From Curvularia clavata (lineage: Eukaryota), in NCBI GenBank assembly GCA_023920165.1, contig CP089274.1, positions 124,001-188,000 on the forward strand: a DNA stretch of 64,000 bases, given 5' to 3'. Every line of letters starts with the position of its first letter. Position 1 is the stretch's first letter. The notes under the pieces were generated by a model. That model was not told where the DNA came from. It saw only the letters and a program-made list of their open reading frames with translations, and ran no database searches. The position numbers were made by a program, and so were the translations under genes. This document shows positions 33,607 through 45,399 of this stretch, one piece after another.

Positions 33607-36600
33607 GAAAACTCTCCGCCCTAGGCATGAACAAGTACGATCTAGCTAAAATTGATTTATCCCACTTGTTCGGAGGAAAACACTTCCTAGTACCCACCGT
33701 TCTTTGTTCGAAAGGGTTTGGTGTCAGCTTGCACTCCTTAGTTGACACTGGAGCCCAAGGCTTTTTATTCTTAAATTCTGCTATTGCTCGTACCCTCTCC
33801 GGCTCCCTTCAGGTCCCCATCCGAAGACTTCCCTTCAAGATCACAGTCAAAGGATTTCAGGACCAAGTCCAAACTAGGGTAGACAAATATATTCGGTTAC
33901 ATATCCGAATCGATGGAAGAAAGATTTACAACTGTCCCTTCGTGATCATGGATCTAGGGACACAGGACTGCATAATTGGAATCAAGTGGTTAAGACGTTT
34001 CCAGCTTAGGCTTGATACGAGCCGGAACCGGATCGTATGGCCGGCCAAGTACCCTCCAACATATGATCCCGCGCCACCTATCCTTGTACAGTTGAAACAA
34101 CCTTCCATCGATGCTGATGTGGAACGGGACATACAGAGGCGAGACGCACTATGGGAAAAGGACAACTACCGTAGGCAAAACAGTCCTCGCAAAGCTCTCA
34201 TGCGAAGAATTAGAGGATGCCTCAAACTTCCCAAGGTTCGTCTACCACTACCTGTTCCCGACCCTACTCCGGACCCTATCCGACCAACATCTTCACCCCG
34301 TATCGCCATCATTTCGGCAAATGCTTTCCATTATTCTATGAAGCGTAAGGAAAACGAGTTCTTCACGACAAGTATCTATGAGATCGATCGCATCTTAGAA
34401 GAGCGCATGAAGCCAGACGATCCCGAAAACGCCAAACTTGTTCGGGACCGACTTCCATCCGCTTACCATTCGTACCGCGATGTCTTCAGCAAGACAGCGG
34501 CAGAGCTACTGCCCGAACATCGCCCATACGATCATAAGATTGTGCTGACCGAACCTCTTCCGAATCAATTCAGTCCTCTGTACAAGCAGAGCACTGAAGA
34601 ACTCGAAGCCACCAAGACGTTCGTAATGGAAAACCTTAGGAAAGGACACATTGACCCAAGCCACTGCCCCTTCGCCTCCCCAGTCCTTTGTGTTCGGAAG
34701 CCAAACGGAGACATTCGCATCTGTGTAGATTACCGCCGACTCAACGCAATCACCAGAAAGGATGCGTATCCGATACCACGCATTGACGAGCTTCTAGCCC
34801 GCACCCACAAGGCGAAAATCTTCACCAAGCTCGACATACGTGCGGCATTCAACAAGATCCGAATGCACCCCGACTCGGAGGAGTACACCACGTTCCGCAC
34901 TAGATACGGAACCTACAAGTCCAAAGTGTTGCCTTTTGGATTATGCAACGGCCCTGCAACATATCAACGCTACATGAATGATGTGTTGATTGATTATCTA
35001 GACAGCTTCTGCATAGTCTACCTAGACGACATTTTGATCTACTCCGAATCGGAACCGGACCACCCCCGCCACGTACAACAGGTCTTGGAAAGGCTTAGGC
35101 AAGCCGGTCTCCAAGTTGACATCAAGAAAAGCGAATTCCATGTCACTCGGACCAAATACCTAGGGTACATTTTGACCAACCAAGGTCTAGAGGTGGACCC
35201 TGACAAGGTGGAAGCCCTTCAAGATTGGGTCCGACCTACCACCGTTACTGGTGTGAAGTCGTTCCTAGGGTTCACTGGGTTCTACAGGCAGTTCGTTCCT
35301 GAATACTCGCGAATTGCGAAACCTCTCCTCGCCCTCCAGAGCCCCTCAAGACCATTCGTATGGGATTCGGAGTGCGACCAAGCCTTTGAAAGGTTAAAAT
35401 CTGCACTGCTGGCAATTCCCACCTTGTACCACTACCATCCAGAGTATGATACCAAGGTGGAGACCGACGCGTCCGATGGCGTTGTGGCAGGCGTTCTTTC
35501 CCAAAAGCAGCCAAATGGAAATTGGTGTCCTGTAGCATTCTTCAGCAAGGTCCTATCCGGGTCTGAGCTGAACTGGGAAATACACGACAAAGAACTATTC
35601 GCCATCGTAACGGCGTTTAGCAAGTGGCGACCTGAACTGCTGTCGGTACGCTCTCGTGTCGACGTGTACTCAGACCACCGTTCCCTTGAATACTTCATGA
35701 CTACCAAAGTTCTGAATGCCCGCCAGGTGCGATGGGCGGAAGAGTTGGCATCCTTCAATTTCCACATCCGATACACCCCCGGAAAGGATAATGCTCGTGC
35801 TGACATCCTCTCCCGACGGGAGCAAGATGTGGGGAATCTGAAGACAGCCCAAATTGACAACCGTTCGCGGGTCCTCCTGGGACCGCACCGACTTGACAAC
35901 CGAATCAACTCCGAACTTGCTAAGACCTATGTAGCCCAACTCCAAGCGGAATCTTTCTCCTTACTTGTAGTTGAGCCCATATCGGAGCCGATGTCCCTCG
36001 ATTCGCTGGAGCTGATCGAGTCTATCCTACAAGAGAACCGAGCCTCGTTTGGGGCAGAGCGAAGGTCCCTTCCGGACAGATACCGGATCGAAAACGGACT
36101 CCTGCTCTATTCCAACCGCCTATGCATTCCTTCCACCTCTACCCTTGTGACTCGCCTCATTCGGGAAGTACACGACCAGGTATCCTCAGCGCACCCCAGT
36201 GCAAAGAAGACCTACCAACTACTGTCCCAGAAGTACCACTGGAAGGGTATGGAATCCACCTGTAAAAGGTATGTGCGGAATTGCATAGCCTGTAGGAAGG
36301 CCCATCCTAGACAGACCCGAATTCCAGGGATGATTCATCCTTTGCCAATTCCTGACCGGCCGATGCAGCACCTGTGCATCGACTTTAAGGAATTTCCCCG
36401 AGACCGATCCGGTTACGACATGATCATGGTCGTGATCGACCGGTTATCTAAGCAGGCCATCTCCATCCCCTGCCACAAGACTATTGATGCAAGGGGAATG
36501 GCCGACCTATTCGTTCAATGGGTGTACCGATTTGGCCACACACCTGAAACCATAGTCTCTGACCGAGGACCACAGTTCATTTCAAGCTTCTGGTCGGAAT

Positions 36601-37523
36601 TCTGCCGAATCCTAGGCGTTAAGGTCAAGCTGTCAACCGCCTACCACAAAGAAACGGATGGTCAGACAGAGATTATGAATAAGTACATCGATCAGAGGTT
36701 GCGCCCATTCGTATCCTACTACCAAGACAACTGGAGTGGACTTCTACCTTTGATCGATCGTGCTCAAATTTCCCTACCACATTCTTCCATTGGCATGTCC
36801 CCGTACCACATCCTATATGGTTCCGAACCCCGGCAGAGTTGGGACTGGAAACATTCCACCAGCCTTCTCACCCCCACTGACAAACTCAACCATAAGGATG
36901 CATTGGAAATGGCTACCCGCATGCACGACGCATGGAAGGTAGCTAAGGAACAAATGGAGAAAGCCCAGGACAGGATGCGAACCACAGTCAACCGCCATCG
37001 TCGTTCTGTTGACTGGGATGTGGGAGACATGGTCTTCCTAAGTACCCGGAACCTCGCGTCAGACCGTCCGAGTAGGAAGCTATCCTCCAAATGGGAGGGA
37101 CCCTTCAGGGTACTTGAGAAGGTAGGACATTCATACCGCTTGGACCTTCCGAAAAGGTCCCGGATCCATGATGTCTTCGCCCCGGATCTATTATGCAAAG
37201 ATCCTCAAGACCCCCTCCCAGGACAAGAACCTCCAAAGCCCCCAGCAACTCCCATCCAAGGCGTGGAAGAATGGGAGGTAGAAGAAATCCTAGCAAGCAA
37301 GTTGTACCGCTCAAACCTAAAATACCAAGTACGGTGGGTCGGACATGACCCGGATCCTACCTGGTACCCAGCCTCAAACTTCATGGGAGCCCCACACAAG
37401 CTCAAACTCTTCCATGAACAACATCCCACCAAACCGGGACCCCCACGTTCCCTTGGCAAGTGGATCACGGCATGGGAACAAGGCACAGAGGATATGACTT
37501 CACTGCAGGATGACAAAATTTAA
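33501..37523 (+). CDS. pol: Pol polyprotein with chromodomain (copy 2)
   Basis: Protein identical to copy 1. Confidence 0.97.
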   Translation: MPHSSGSRNRSREGRIRRSTRILIGGGPGGKPPGLGKLSALGMNKYDLAKIDLSHLFGGKHFLVPTVLCSKGFGVSLHSLVDTGAQGFLFLNSAIARTLSGSLQVPIRRLPFKITVKGFQDQVQTRVDKYIRLHIRIDGRKIYNCPFVIMDLGTQDCIIGIKWLRRFQLRLDTSRNRIVWPAKYPPTYDPAPPILVQLKQPSIDADVERDIQRRDALWEKDNYRRQNSPRKALMRRIRGCLKLPKVRLPLPVPDPTPDPIRPTSSPRIAIISANAFHYSMKRKENEFFTTSIYEIDRILEERMKPDDPENAKLVRDRLPSAYHSYRDVFSKTAAELLPEHRPYDHKIVLTEPLPNQFSPLYKQSTEELEATKTFVMENLRKGHIDPSHCPFASPVLCVRKPNGDIRICVDYRRLNAITRKDAYPIPRIDELLARTHKAKIFTKLDIRAAFNKIRMHPDSEEYTTFRTRYGTYKSKVLPFGLCNGPATYQRYMNDVLIDYLDSFCIVYLDDILIYSESEPDHPRHVQQVLERLRQAGLQVDIKKSEFHVTRTKYLGYILTNQGLEVDPDKVEALQDWVRPTTVTGVKSFLGFTGFYRQFVPEYSRIAKPLLALQSPSRPFVWDSECDQAFERLKSALLAIPTLYHYHPEYDTKVETDASDGVVAGVLSQKQPNGNWCPVAFFSKVLSGSELNWEIHDKELFAIVTAFSKWRPELLSVRSRVDVYSDHRSLEYFMTTKVLNARQVRWAEELASFNFHIRYTPGKDNARADILSRREQDVGNLKTAQIDNRSRVLLGPHRLDNRINSELAKTYVAQLQAESFSLLVVEPISEPMSLDSLELIESILQENRASFGAERRSLPDRYRIENGLLLYSNRLCIPSTSTLVTRLIREVHDQVSSAHPSAKKTYQLLSQKYHWKGMESTCKRYVRNCIACRKAHPRQTRIPGMIHPLPIPDRPMQHLCIDFKEFPRDRSGYDMIMVVIDRLSKQAISIPCHKTIDARGMADLFVQWVYRFGHTPETIVSDRGPQFISSFWSEFCRILGVKVKLSTAYHKETDGQTEIMNKYIDQRLRPFVSYYQDNWSGLLPLIDRAQISLPHSSIGMSPYHILYGSEPRQSWDWKHSTSLLTPTDKLNHKDALEMATRMHDAWKVAKEQMEKAQDRMRTTVNRHRRSVDWDVGDMVFLSTRNLASDRPSRKLSSKWEGPFRVLEKVGHSYRLDLPKRSRIHDVFAPDLLCKDPQDPLPGQEPPKPPATPIQGVEEWEVEEILASKLYRSNLKYQVRWVGHDPDPTWYPASNFMGAPHKLKLFHEQHPTKPGPPRSLGKWITAWEQGTEDMTSLQDDKI

Positions 37524-37621
37524 AGAAAAGGAAAAACAGAAACTTCATTGGGTATCAGTAACAAAGGAAACTCGGACCCGAACCCCACAACCACCAACAA
37601 ACCCCCAAAATGTCACCTCAC

Positions 37622-38289
37622 TCAAAGTTCAACATCAGAGCGCTCCTGCTCAGCGTCGGCCATCTCCTGGTCAACCGCACCCTTGTCCTCCTCTGAGGAG
37701 GAGGACAAACCAGACCATTCCTCCGACTCCTCGACCCGAGGGCCGACCCGGGCGCCACCCCGAGCCGACCTGGCCTCAAGACGCGAAAGGCGCCTTTCCA
37801 TGCCATTGACTGTATCGACCAACTCCGAGATGCTGTCTCGGATGTCCCTCAGGACCTGGTTCTGGGCGACGAGGAGCTGATTGACTGAAAGCTCCTTCTC
37901 CTGGGACCTGACAACTTGGACCTTGCGGGCGATGTCCAAAGCGGCGGCAGCGATTCGATCAAGCAATACCTCCGTATCGGCATCAACTGCAGGGCCATAC
38001 CGAGCGATGGCACACAACTCGATGGCATCGATCAAATCGTGAAACTCCTCGAAGACGTACTCGGGAACCTATCCGGGTTAGCCAAGCTGCAAACAGTGAA
38101 GGAAAAGAGAAGCAAACTTACAGGATCGCACTTCTCCTTCTGCTGGGTGCAATAAAGACACTTCTTGGAGGAATCGGACGGGTAGGCGTAAGCAATGTCG
38201 AACTGACGGCGCGCCAAGGCGCGGACAGCTCGCAGACAGATGAAGCGATACGCATCCGGCAGCGCACCGGGCGGACAACGAAGAGGCAT
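37622..38289 (-). CDS. Antisense spliced accessory ORF (copy 2)
   Basis: Same as copy 1; intron 38069-38121. Confidence 0.75.
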
Positions 38290-40630
38290 AGCGAAAACGA
38301 GTGCGTTGAGTTGTAATTGACTTGTTTTGATTGAGAAGCGTGGAGGAGAAAACTCGGCGGCGACACTGTGTTGTTGTTGATATACACACTGGGGGAGCAA
38401 ACAGTCTTGGCACACGTGACCTGGATAGCCGTTGGACCCTGACTACAAACGAATCGCCGGCGACTCGGAGCTCCGATCGAAGCGTCCAGGCCTGTCTGGC
38501 AGGTGAAGGCAAACGGCCTAGCGGCCAGGCAGCAAGGCAGCAGCGCCACGTGAGTACCGGAATGGTCACTGAGGCTCAGGCACAGAGGCTCAAGTGAAGG
38601 ACATGCACGGCCACGGGAGCCACACCGGAACCGGAGCATCCTATTGCCCGAAGTGGCGCAGTGTGGGGAAAATCTGGGGGAAATCAGGAACGAGGGACCC
38701 CATGGTGCAGGGAAGAAGAATGACAACCGGAACAGACAGCTGTGGGACCAGCTGTCTACCGGGAGGGGGGGTAATGTAACCATGCATAGACCAAAACATA
38801 CCCCAGCCAGGGCAGCTTATCAAGATCCGATTGAGAGCCGGGTCAGACCCGATGAAGACCCGCACCCAGGTATAAGTACCAGGTACCTTCCATAGATGTT
38901 CGGTAGATTTTTGATATCCTTTCGTACCAGGCCTATGAGTGTCTACCGAATCCAAGGTGTTTCTGCTGTCCCACGCACTTCCATATGCATTTGAGTGACA
39001 CTTCCCACCGGAACCGATTCGACTAGTCTTGCTCGCGCCGTTACATAGGTAGCATTCCGAGAAGCCACGCATGCTTTTTTATATTCTCTTTATCTTCAAT
39101 TCCCATTATATCTTGTTTGTAACGGCTTCTGAAAGCTTATAATCTGCCAATATAGATCTCAGCGCTACTATTAGATTGCCGTACTATATATATATAGATG
39201 CCGCTAAGTAGAGTCCACTCACTAGAGATTGCTAGCGCATTCTTATGCAGCTCAGATACATGAAACTCCGGATTGTTAAGTATATCAGTAAGTCTAGCCT
39301 TAGCACTACCTTCGTAAAATGTCTACGTATCTCGCTTCGTGAAAAATTTTCTAGATATGCTTTCAATAGACTCGTGAATAAGACAATAAACTGGCTGCCT
39401 TTCTACTAGTTACTTCGTACTATCCCTCCCTATAACCCGAAAAACCCCCTATACAGAAAAACAATAAGGGTACTTACACTTCAGGTAAAATTAACGCTGT
39501 ACATATATTAAATTTTACTTATCTTGCGCCAGAAATGCATAATATAAGTATTTATTTATGTCGCTGTGTCGTTATTAGTAAAATATACAGACATCCTCCC
39601 ACCTTTGTAGCTTGCTAAATAAATAGTCTCCGTATACAGCATGCAAGTGATCAACGTCTATAGCATCATAGCGAGACTCTAATTGCTCATACCAGCAAGC
39701 ATTCTGTTTCCTTTGAGCCTTAGTCCCTGATCACAGAAAATCGATCTCGTATTGGCCCTAGTGCTGCTGTACCATGCGCGATCATGCATCATCGCCACCC
39801 CTGGTCGGTACTTGCATGACACTTGAAACCAAAATTGGCTAGCTTGAAACAGCCCCGCGTTGCTTACGTGCGATCAAAACTGCGTAATTTACTATTTGCC
39901 ATTAACCAATATTGCTTTCCTCGTGGCTGTGCTTCGAACTGTCAGCAAATGACACTAAGCATTTCTCATGTACAGTAACTGTTCAATCTAAGTACTGGCG
40001 ATTTGTTCCGCTACGGCGGTTGTTCCGTTGCGGGAGGATGCACGTTAGGACTTATGTTGTTATTTTCTATGGTAATAAGAGATCTTAATGCTAATCCTGA
40101 AATTGCTCAAATTAACGTTTCCGTCCTAGTAACAGGCTATCTCTTATTTCGTATGTTCTCTGAAGGAGTTGCTCTTCATTTTTCTCTTCATACCAATGCG
40201 CATCCTCAAGCTCAAAGCGTATATCTTCAAACTCCGGAACCTCCATAAACGCTTGGAGAAAGCGAGAAAACTCGACCTCGTGTATTTGACCCATTGATAC
40301 CTCTTCCGTGAATATCTTCGTCGCAAGGCTACGGAACTATTTGAGACCAAGAACACTCAACTTGACTCGGCAATGCATACGTGGTGTTGGGCGAGTTCTG
40401 CCACATATTTGTAAGAGCCTTCGCCATAACATAGCGGCAACGTGCGTACATATACATCTCTCGCATAGTGATGTACCACCACGAGAACAATTAAGAAACA
40501 AGCGTGGTCTAGTCCCCTACTTCCTGCCCACTTTATGGTGTATGGGCTAAAACAATATGAGGTGTTACGGACAGGTCGACCCATTTCAATGCACGAGGCG
40601 GAGGCAAGTACCAACATTAGTTAACATGCC

Positions 40631-41956
40631 CTATTGGTCCCACACCAACACCTCACTCAAGCGGTCTTCCTTCCAGAATTGCGAGAAAAATACCCAGAAA
40701 GCCCGGATTGCCGTAGCAGCGGCAATAACTATGGCCATGACCTGGCCAAATGCTTCGAGGGGTGACGTTGGATTGATCTGGTACGCCGTCATGAGTCTTT
40801 CCGACGCCAGCAGCGAGAACAGCGAGAACAGCGTGCTCTCGATGTACAACAAGCTTGTCGACATGCCAATCTGAGAATACTTGTACCCTCGCACCAAGCC
40901 TTTACCTTCCACAAACTCTGCAATGCCCGGGCAATCCTTGCACCTATCTCGTTTGTGCCATTTCTTGCATGAGGTACACATGTTTGATTGGCAAGCCTGA
41001 TCATTGCAATGCGTTACATTGCACCTTGAACAGCCTTTACATGTCTCGCAGACTACGCATTCGCAGCGGTGGCTGTTCCTTTGCCCACTCTTTCGCCCTG
41101 TATCACCCGGCGCGGCTTCTTCTCTGCACCACTTGCATTTAGCGCACGGGAAGAATTTTTGTTGTCGCTTTGCCTGGTCGAACTGGCGAGTATTGCGCAG
41201 CGCATAGATCCAGCAGTGTACGACTGAAGAGGCCCTTACTGAGTAATAAATCCAGATGGCGCGTTGATCGGAAGGGTGCCCATCGGTGCAATTGGTGACC
41301 CAACCCCACCAAAAAGCCGGCATGCATCCTGCTTCGCCTGCGGAGAATCCATTGTTCAGGAAATTTTTCGTCAGAACGCCTATTACAATTAAGCCAGCTA
41401 ATTGACACAGGATCGCAGTAACCGTTTGCCACCTGGATGCGAGAGTCTGTTTGGCAACCAATTGCACGGAGAGAGCGCTGTTTTGGGCATCGAGCATCAT
41501 CGTACCAAGGATTGAATTGATCGGAGAGAGCGTCTGAGACACCATAGGCGCCGCGAGAGCTATTGCAAGCGCAATGTGCGTCACCAGAAGCCCTGCTCCC
41601 ACCTCCTGGATTGCACTATAATCCGTACAAAACGAGCCGGCTATGGACATGAGAGTCAGGATGACGACCTGGGTCCAGGTGGCTGCTCGGACGCCGTCTC
41701 CAACGATATCAGCGTCTGCGGTCGCAAAAGGATTGCCGTCCGGGAGAGAAGCGTACAAAGTCTTCGATTGCAGTACGGTTCCGAGAACGAAGATTGCGAA
41801 GCCCATGACTATGGACAAGGCCATGGACAGACGGGCTGTGTCGATGGGATCCACGGCCTTCCGGCGGATGTCCGGCCAATGTTCCATAATTATGGCCAGG
41901 ACTTTGAGGCCTGTCAGTATTGATGCCAAAACCACCGCGAGAGTGTCTTCTGGCAT
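40631..41956 (-). CDS. Multi-pass membrane protein (about 9 hydrophobic segments) with a Cys-rich loop
   Basis: Likely ATG at 41956. DADIVGDGVR and C-terminal FGQVMAI motifs of a widespread uncharacterised fungal membrane family; 15 Cys in 72 aa at 40931-41146. Confidence 0.8.
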   Translation of the reverse strand: MPEDTLAVVLASILTGLKVLAIIMEHWPDIRRKAVDPIDTARLSMALSIVMGFAIFVLGTVLQSKTLYASLPDGNPFATADADIVGDGVRAATWTQVVILTLMSIAGSFCTDYSAIQEVGAGLLVTHIALAIALAAPMVSQTLSPINSILGTMMLDAQNSALSVQLVAKQTLASRWQTVTAILCQLAGLIVIGVLTKNFLNNGFSAGEAGCMPAFWWGWVTNCTDGHPSDQRAIWIYYSVRASSVVHCWIYALRNTRQFDQAKRQQKFFPCAKCKWCREEAAPGDTGRKSGQRNSHRCECVVCETCKGCSRCNVTHCNDQACQSNMCTSCKKWHKRDRCKDCPGIAEFVEGKGLVRGYKYSQIGMSTSLLYIESTLFSLFSLLASERLMTAYQINPTSPLEAFGQVMAIVIAAATAIRAFWVFFSQFWKEDRLSEVLVWDQ

Positions 41957-42434
41957 GATCAAGGACGAAATTGCGTTGAACCTGAAGTGAGTGGTCTGTC
42001 GACTAGGCTTCAAGAGCAGCTGAAAACACCAAAGGTAAGCCCGAATAGCCTTGCAGCGCGCACCGCCGGAAGCATTCTCGCTGACAGCAGAAGCGCACCG
42101 GTCAGCTATTCCTAAAGGCTCTTCAACAAGGATGTCGCGTCGTGTCTCATGGCCATTGGGCCCTCGTGGCGACCTCGCATACGATTTCTTCGGTTGTCGA
42201 GGCTCATTGCCAACCAGAGCGTGAGCAGGTCGGCTTGTGCAGCAAGCTGCATGTGGGCGCCGGACGGGAATCAGCGATCTCGTACCGCCCCGTCACGTCG
42301 TCCCCTCCAATGCTCTCTGATCTAAACGCGGACGTTGAAGGCCGCTGAAGCTTAGTCTTCGCGATTTCGCAACTTCATCAACTCCACAGCGTTGCGCTCC
42401 TGCCAAATTCACTCGTTCCGACTATCTATCCACC

Positions 42435-44772
42435 ATGGGTCCAAGGTTTCAATGGCCGTTCTCCATGGAAACGTTCTATAGAACGCACGGTATGGTCGAT
42501 GATGTGCCGAGATCAAGGGCTCTTTCCGCGGGAGACGATTCGCAGCCTTCTCAGCATACGCAGCAGAATCGCACTCGTCGCACATTGCAGTGGCCCTTCT
42601 CTATGGACGTCTTCTATGCTACCCATGGGCTAAAGCAGCCTCGGCATGTATCGCCGCCTCAGGGCACGCTCAAGGTGCTTGACGAAGATGAGGTCAGTTT
42701 TCTATATATCATCGATGCAGACACAACGCTGATTGGAATTCCCGTCATAGTCAGACGACGGGGATTCTCTCGCAGACCGGCTAGTCATGTCATTCGTTGA
42801 GAGCAATTTCGACACCATGCCACGATCTTTCGCTCCAGCGCGTTCTCTAGAGCGATTGATCACTCCTGACACGGTTACGATCGAGTTGCGTCGGTTCGTG
42901 TCTCAAACAGATGATGGTGGCAAAACGATGGCACAGTTCATTTGTTCTAAAGCTCCTAAAACATTCGCAACAGCTGTGTATGTCGGCTTGGTCAGAAAGA
43001 AACTGTACAAGATGATGATGAGCATGCAGGAGCATGGTATCACAGATGATGACCTACCGTTCGTGCCAAATAGCACGGAGCACAAATGGGAACCAGTTCG
43101 AAGGCTTTGGTCCAAGCCTATCGAGCTGCAATTCTCTGATGCGCAGTGGAAATTCCATGTTCCTATTTTCGTCGATAATAGGCAACACAAGGAACTTCTG
43201 CCATCGTGTATTTTGCCCATAACTCGGACGAGCATGACTCAACACGGGGCTTTTAGCATGGTGTACAAAGCTAGAGTACATGAAGATCATCTCGTCTGTC
43301 GAAATCCAAATGGACCCCAGGGCCAATACGTGGCATTGAAGATAATATCAAATTCTTCAGATGAATTGAATACGAAGAAGAGTTGGCATATGGAACTCGA
43401 GGCCCTTCGCGCGCTTGCAGACTTGAACCATCGGCACATCCTTGGCATTATGACAAGTTTCACAAGAGGAGCGGATCGCTGCCTTATGCTTGAGTGGGCA
43501 GATGGAGGAAGTCTCGTTGACTTCTGGAGTCAACATGACAGAGTCGTACTCAGCTCAATGACTGTAAAAGACTCTTTGACGCAGCTTTATGGGCTGGCTG
43601 ATGCACTTTCATCCGCACACGAGCAGCTCAATATCCGGCATGGCGATCTGAAGCCAGCCAACATTTTGGTATTTCCACACGGAGATTCCATCGGGTGCCT
43701 GAAAATCGGGGATTGGGGTCTGGCCAAAACACATAAAGTCCGTACGGCCGAACGAGCTTCTGGCACTTCCATGCGATTTGGCACGTTACTATACGAACCT
43801 CCCGAAGCTGTGAGTCGGAGCAACGCTCGCTCTCGGCTGTATGACATCTGGTCACTTGGCTGTGTGTTTCTCGAGCACATTATCTGGCTTCTCTATGGTA
43901 ATGACGAACGTCGACGATTTCTTGACGAGCTGCGCGACGACAACGGCAACGTTACTTTCTACGAAGGTACTGGCGACAAAGCTAGACAGCGTGAAGGTGT
44001 CGCGAGATGGATACATCACATCCTGGTGACATTTCCGATGGCAACTACGAGCGTGGGAGGTCTCGTGGATCTCGTCAGTACTAGAATGCTTGTGGCTGCT
44101 CTTCCGAGGTCACATGAAGCTTCGGACATTCGGGTACCAGACCAAATCTTGCAACTGCAACCCGAATTCACGGATGCGCCCACACTGCCGTCTATAGTAA
44201 TTGCCTCTGACGCTCCGGAGTATTCAGAGGCTCGGCAGCAATCAGTCACGGTACCCACTGGCAGTGATGTGCTACAGGATCCGGCAGTGCGATATCGCGC
44301 ACGGGCCATGGAGGTAGTGACATGTCTCCAGCGCCTTCTTGCTGAACGTGGCCCACATTATGACAATTATCTCCCAGATAATAATCGACGCGGTCCAGAA
44401 CGACTACCCCATCGTCAAACGAGCGTTGTTTCTCGATCACGGGTTGATTACCAGGTCCCGGATCCAGTTGCACCTATCCCACGAGGTCGTGAATCGCCTA
44501 AAGAAGCCAGCAACCCTACTCCAGGACTCGAAGAGCTGTCTAGCAAAGCCTCCGAGCGTCCCGAAGAAGCCAGTGAACTTGCCAAAAAGGCTGAACAATC
44601 ACCTGTCGCGTCCGTACCAATTCCTACCCCGGACCCGAACGACCCGGCGGGAAAGTACCGATACTGGGACGATAATGGCAGTAAAGTTGTAACATTCGTG
44701 CCTTTTTCTGATCGTCCAGGGGTAATGGTTACTTCATCGATGTCTAGGGACAGCAGATACAGGGTTTTGTGA
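42435..44772 (+). CDS. Ser/Thr protein kinase (HGDLKPxN type), about 759 aa, 2 exons
   Basis: Intron 42693-42750 (GTCAGT..CTGAT..TAG, phase 0) joins exon 1 to the 661-aa ORF. Kinase motifs HGAFSMVYKA, VALK, HGDLKPANIL, IGDWG, YEPPE, YDIWSLGC. Confidence 0.9.
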
Positions 44773-45399
44773 GGCTAAGTGGATGAATAGTATGTATGCG
44801 ATGTTCTTCGCTGCGCCATCATGGCTTGATGAAACCGAGTTTTTGGTTTTGAAACTCATTCTGAGAGGACATGGTCTTAAATGCAAGCCGCGGTATTACC
44901 CGGGGCACTTGCACGCGCGTGATGGCAGATTCGCCCATTCACCTACATTTCAGCTCTCACCCAGTCACTTCCAAACAAAGCCACTCGATTCTCTCACTTG
45001 CAAATACGGACCACAACATACAGATCCTCTGATAAAACCTCACTCAAACAACAGATTCACGAAATCACGGGTGCTCCCAACGTCGAAAGCGGCCTTTCTT
45101 CACACAGGATCTAAATTTAGAAGCTCACACGTCAGACTCCAGTATTGCGGAGGAAGAAGGAGGAGGAGGTTTCTACTACCTTTTGATATTAGAGGTGGAA
45201 TCGGAACTTCCGACTCGACGTTGCGCTTGGTTCCATGCGGTGATTGACTGTCGGCAGTGTTTGACATACTGGCTAGTTGCTCCTCGTGAGCAGTGGGTGA
45301 TCGGCGAGGTTCAGTCCTAAATGTGACAGCTGGTGTGTTCCCAGATTCCGTTTGTTTTGCAGACGCAACATGCGGCGGTTTCACAGCAGCAGGCCCCAT

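Larger units (their letters stand above)
31850..39045 (+). mobile_element. Ty3/Gypsy chromovirus LTR retrotransposon, copy 2 (intact, TSD TAGGT)
   Basis: LTRs at 31850-32120 and 38775-39045; TAGGT at 31845-49 and 39046-50; offset +8235 from copy 1 with identical ORF translations. Confidence 0.98.

Noticed and set aside
40083..40620. VSVLVTGY resembling the pyroglutamyl-peptidase N-terminal motif
   Set aside because: The rest of the family signature (GPF, NPS, catalytic Cys/His) was not found; match too short.
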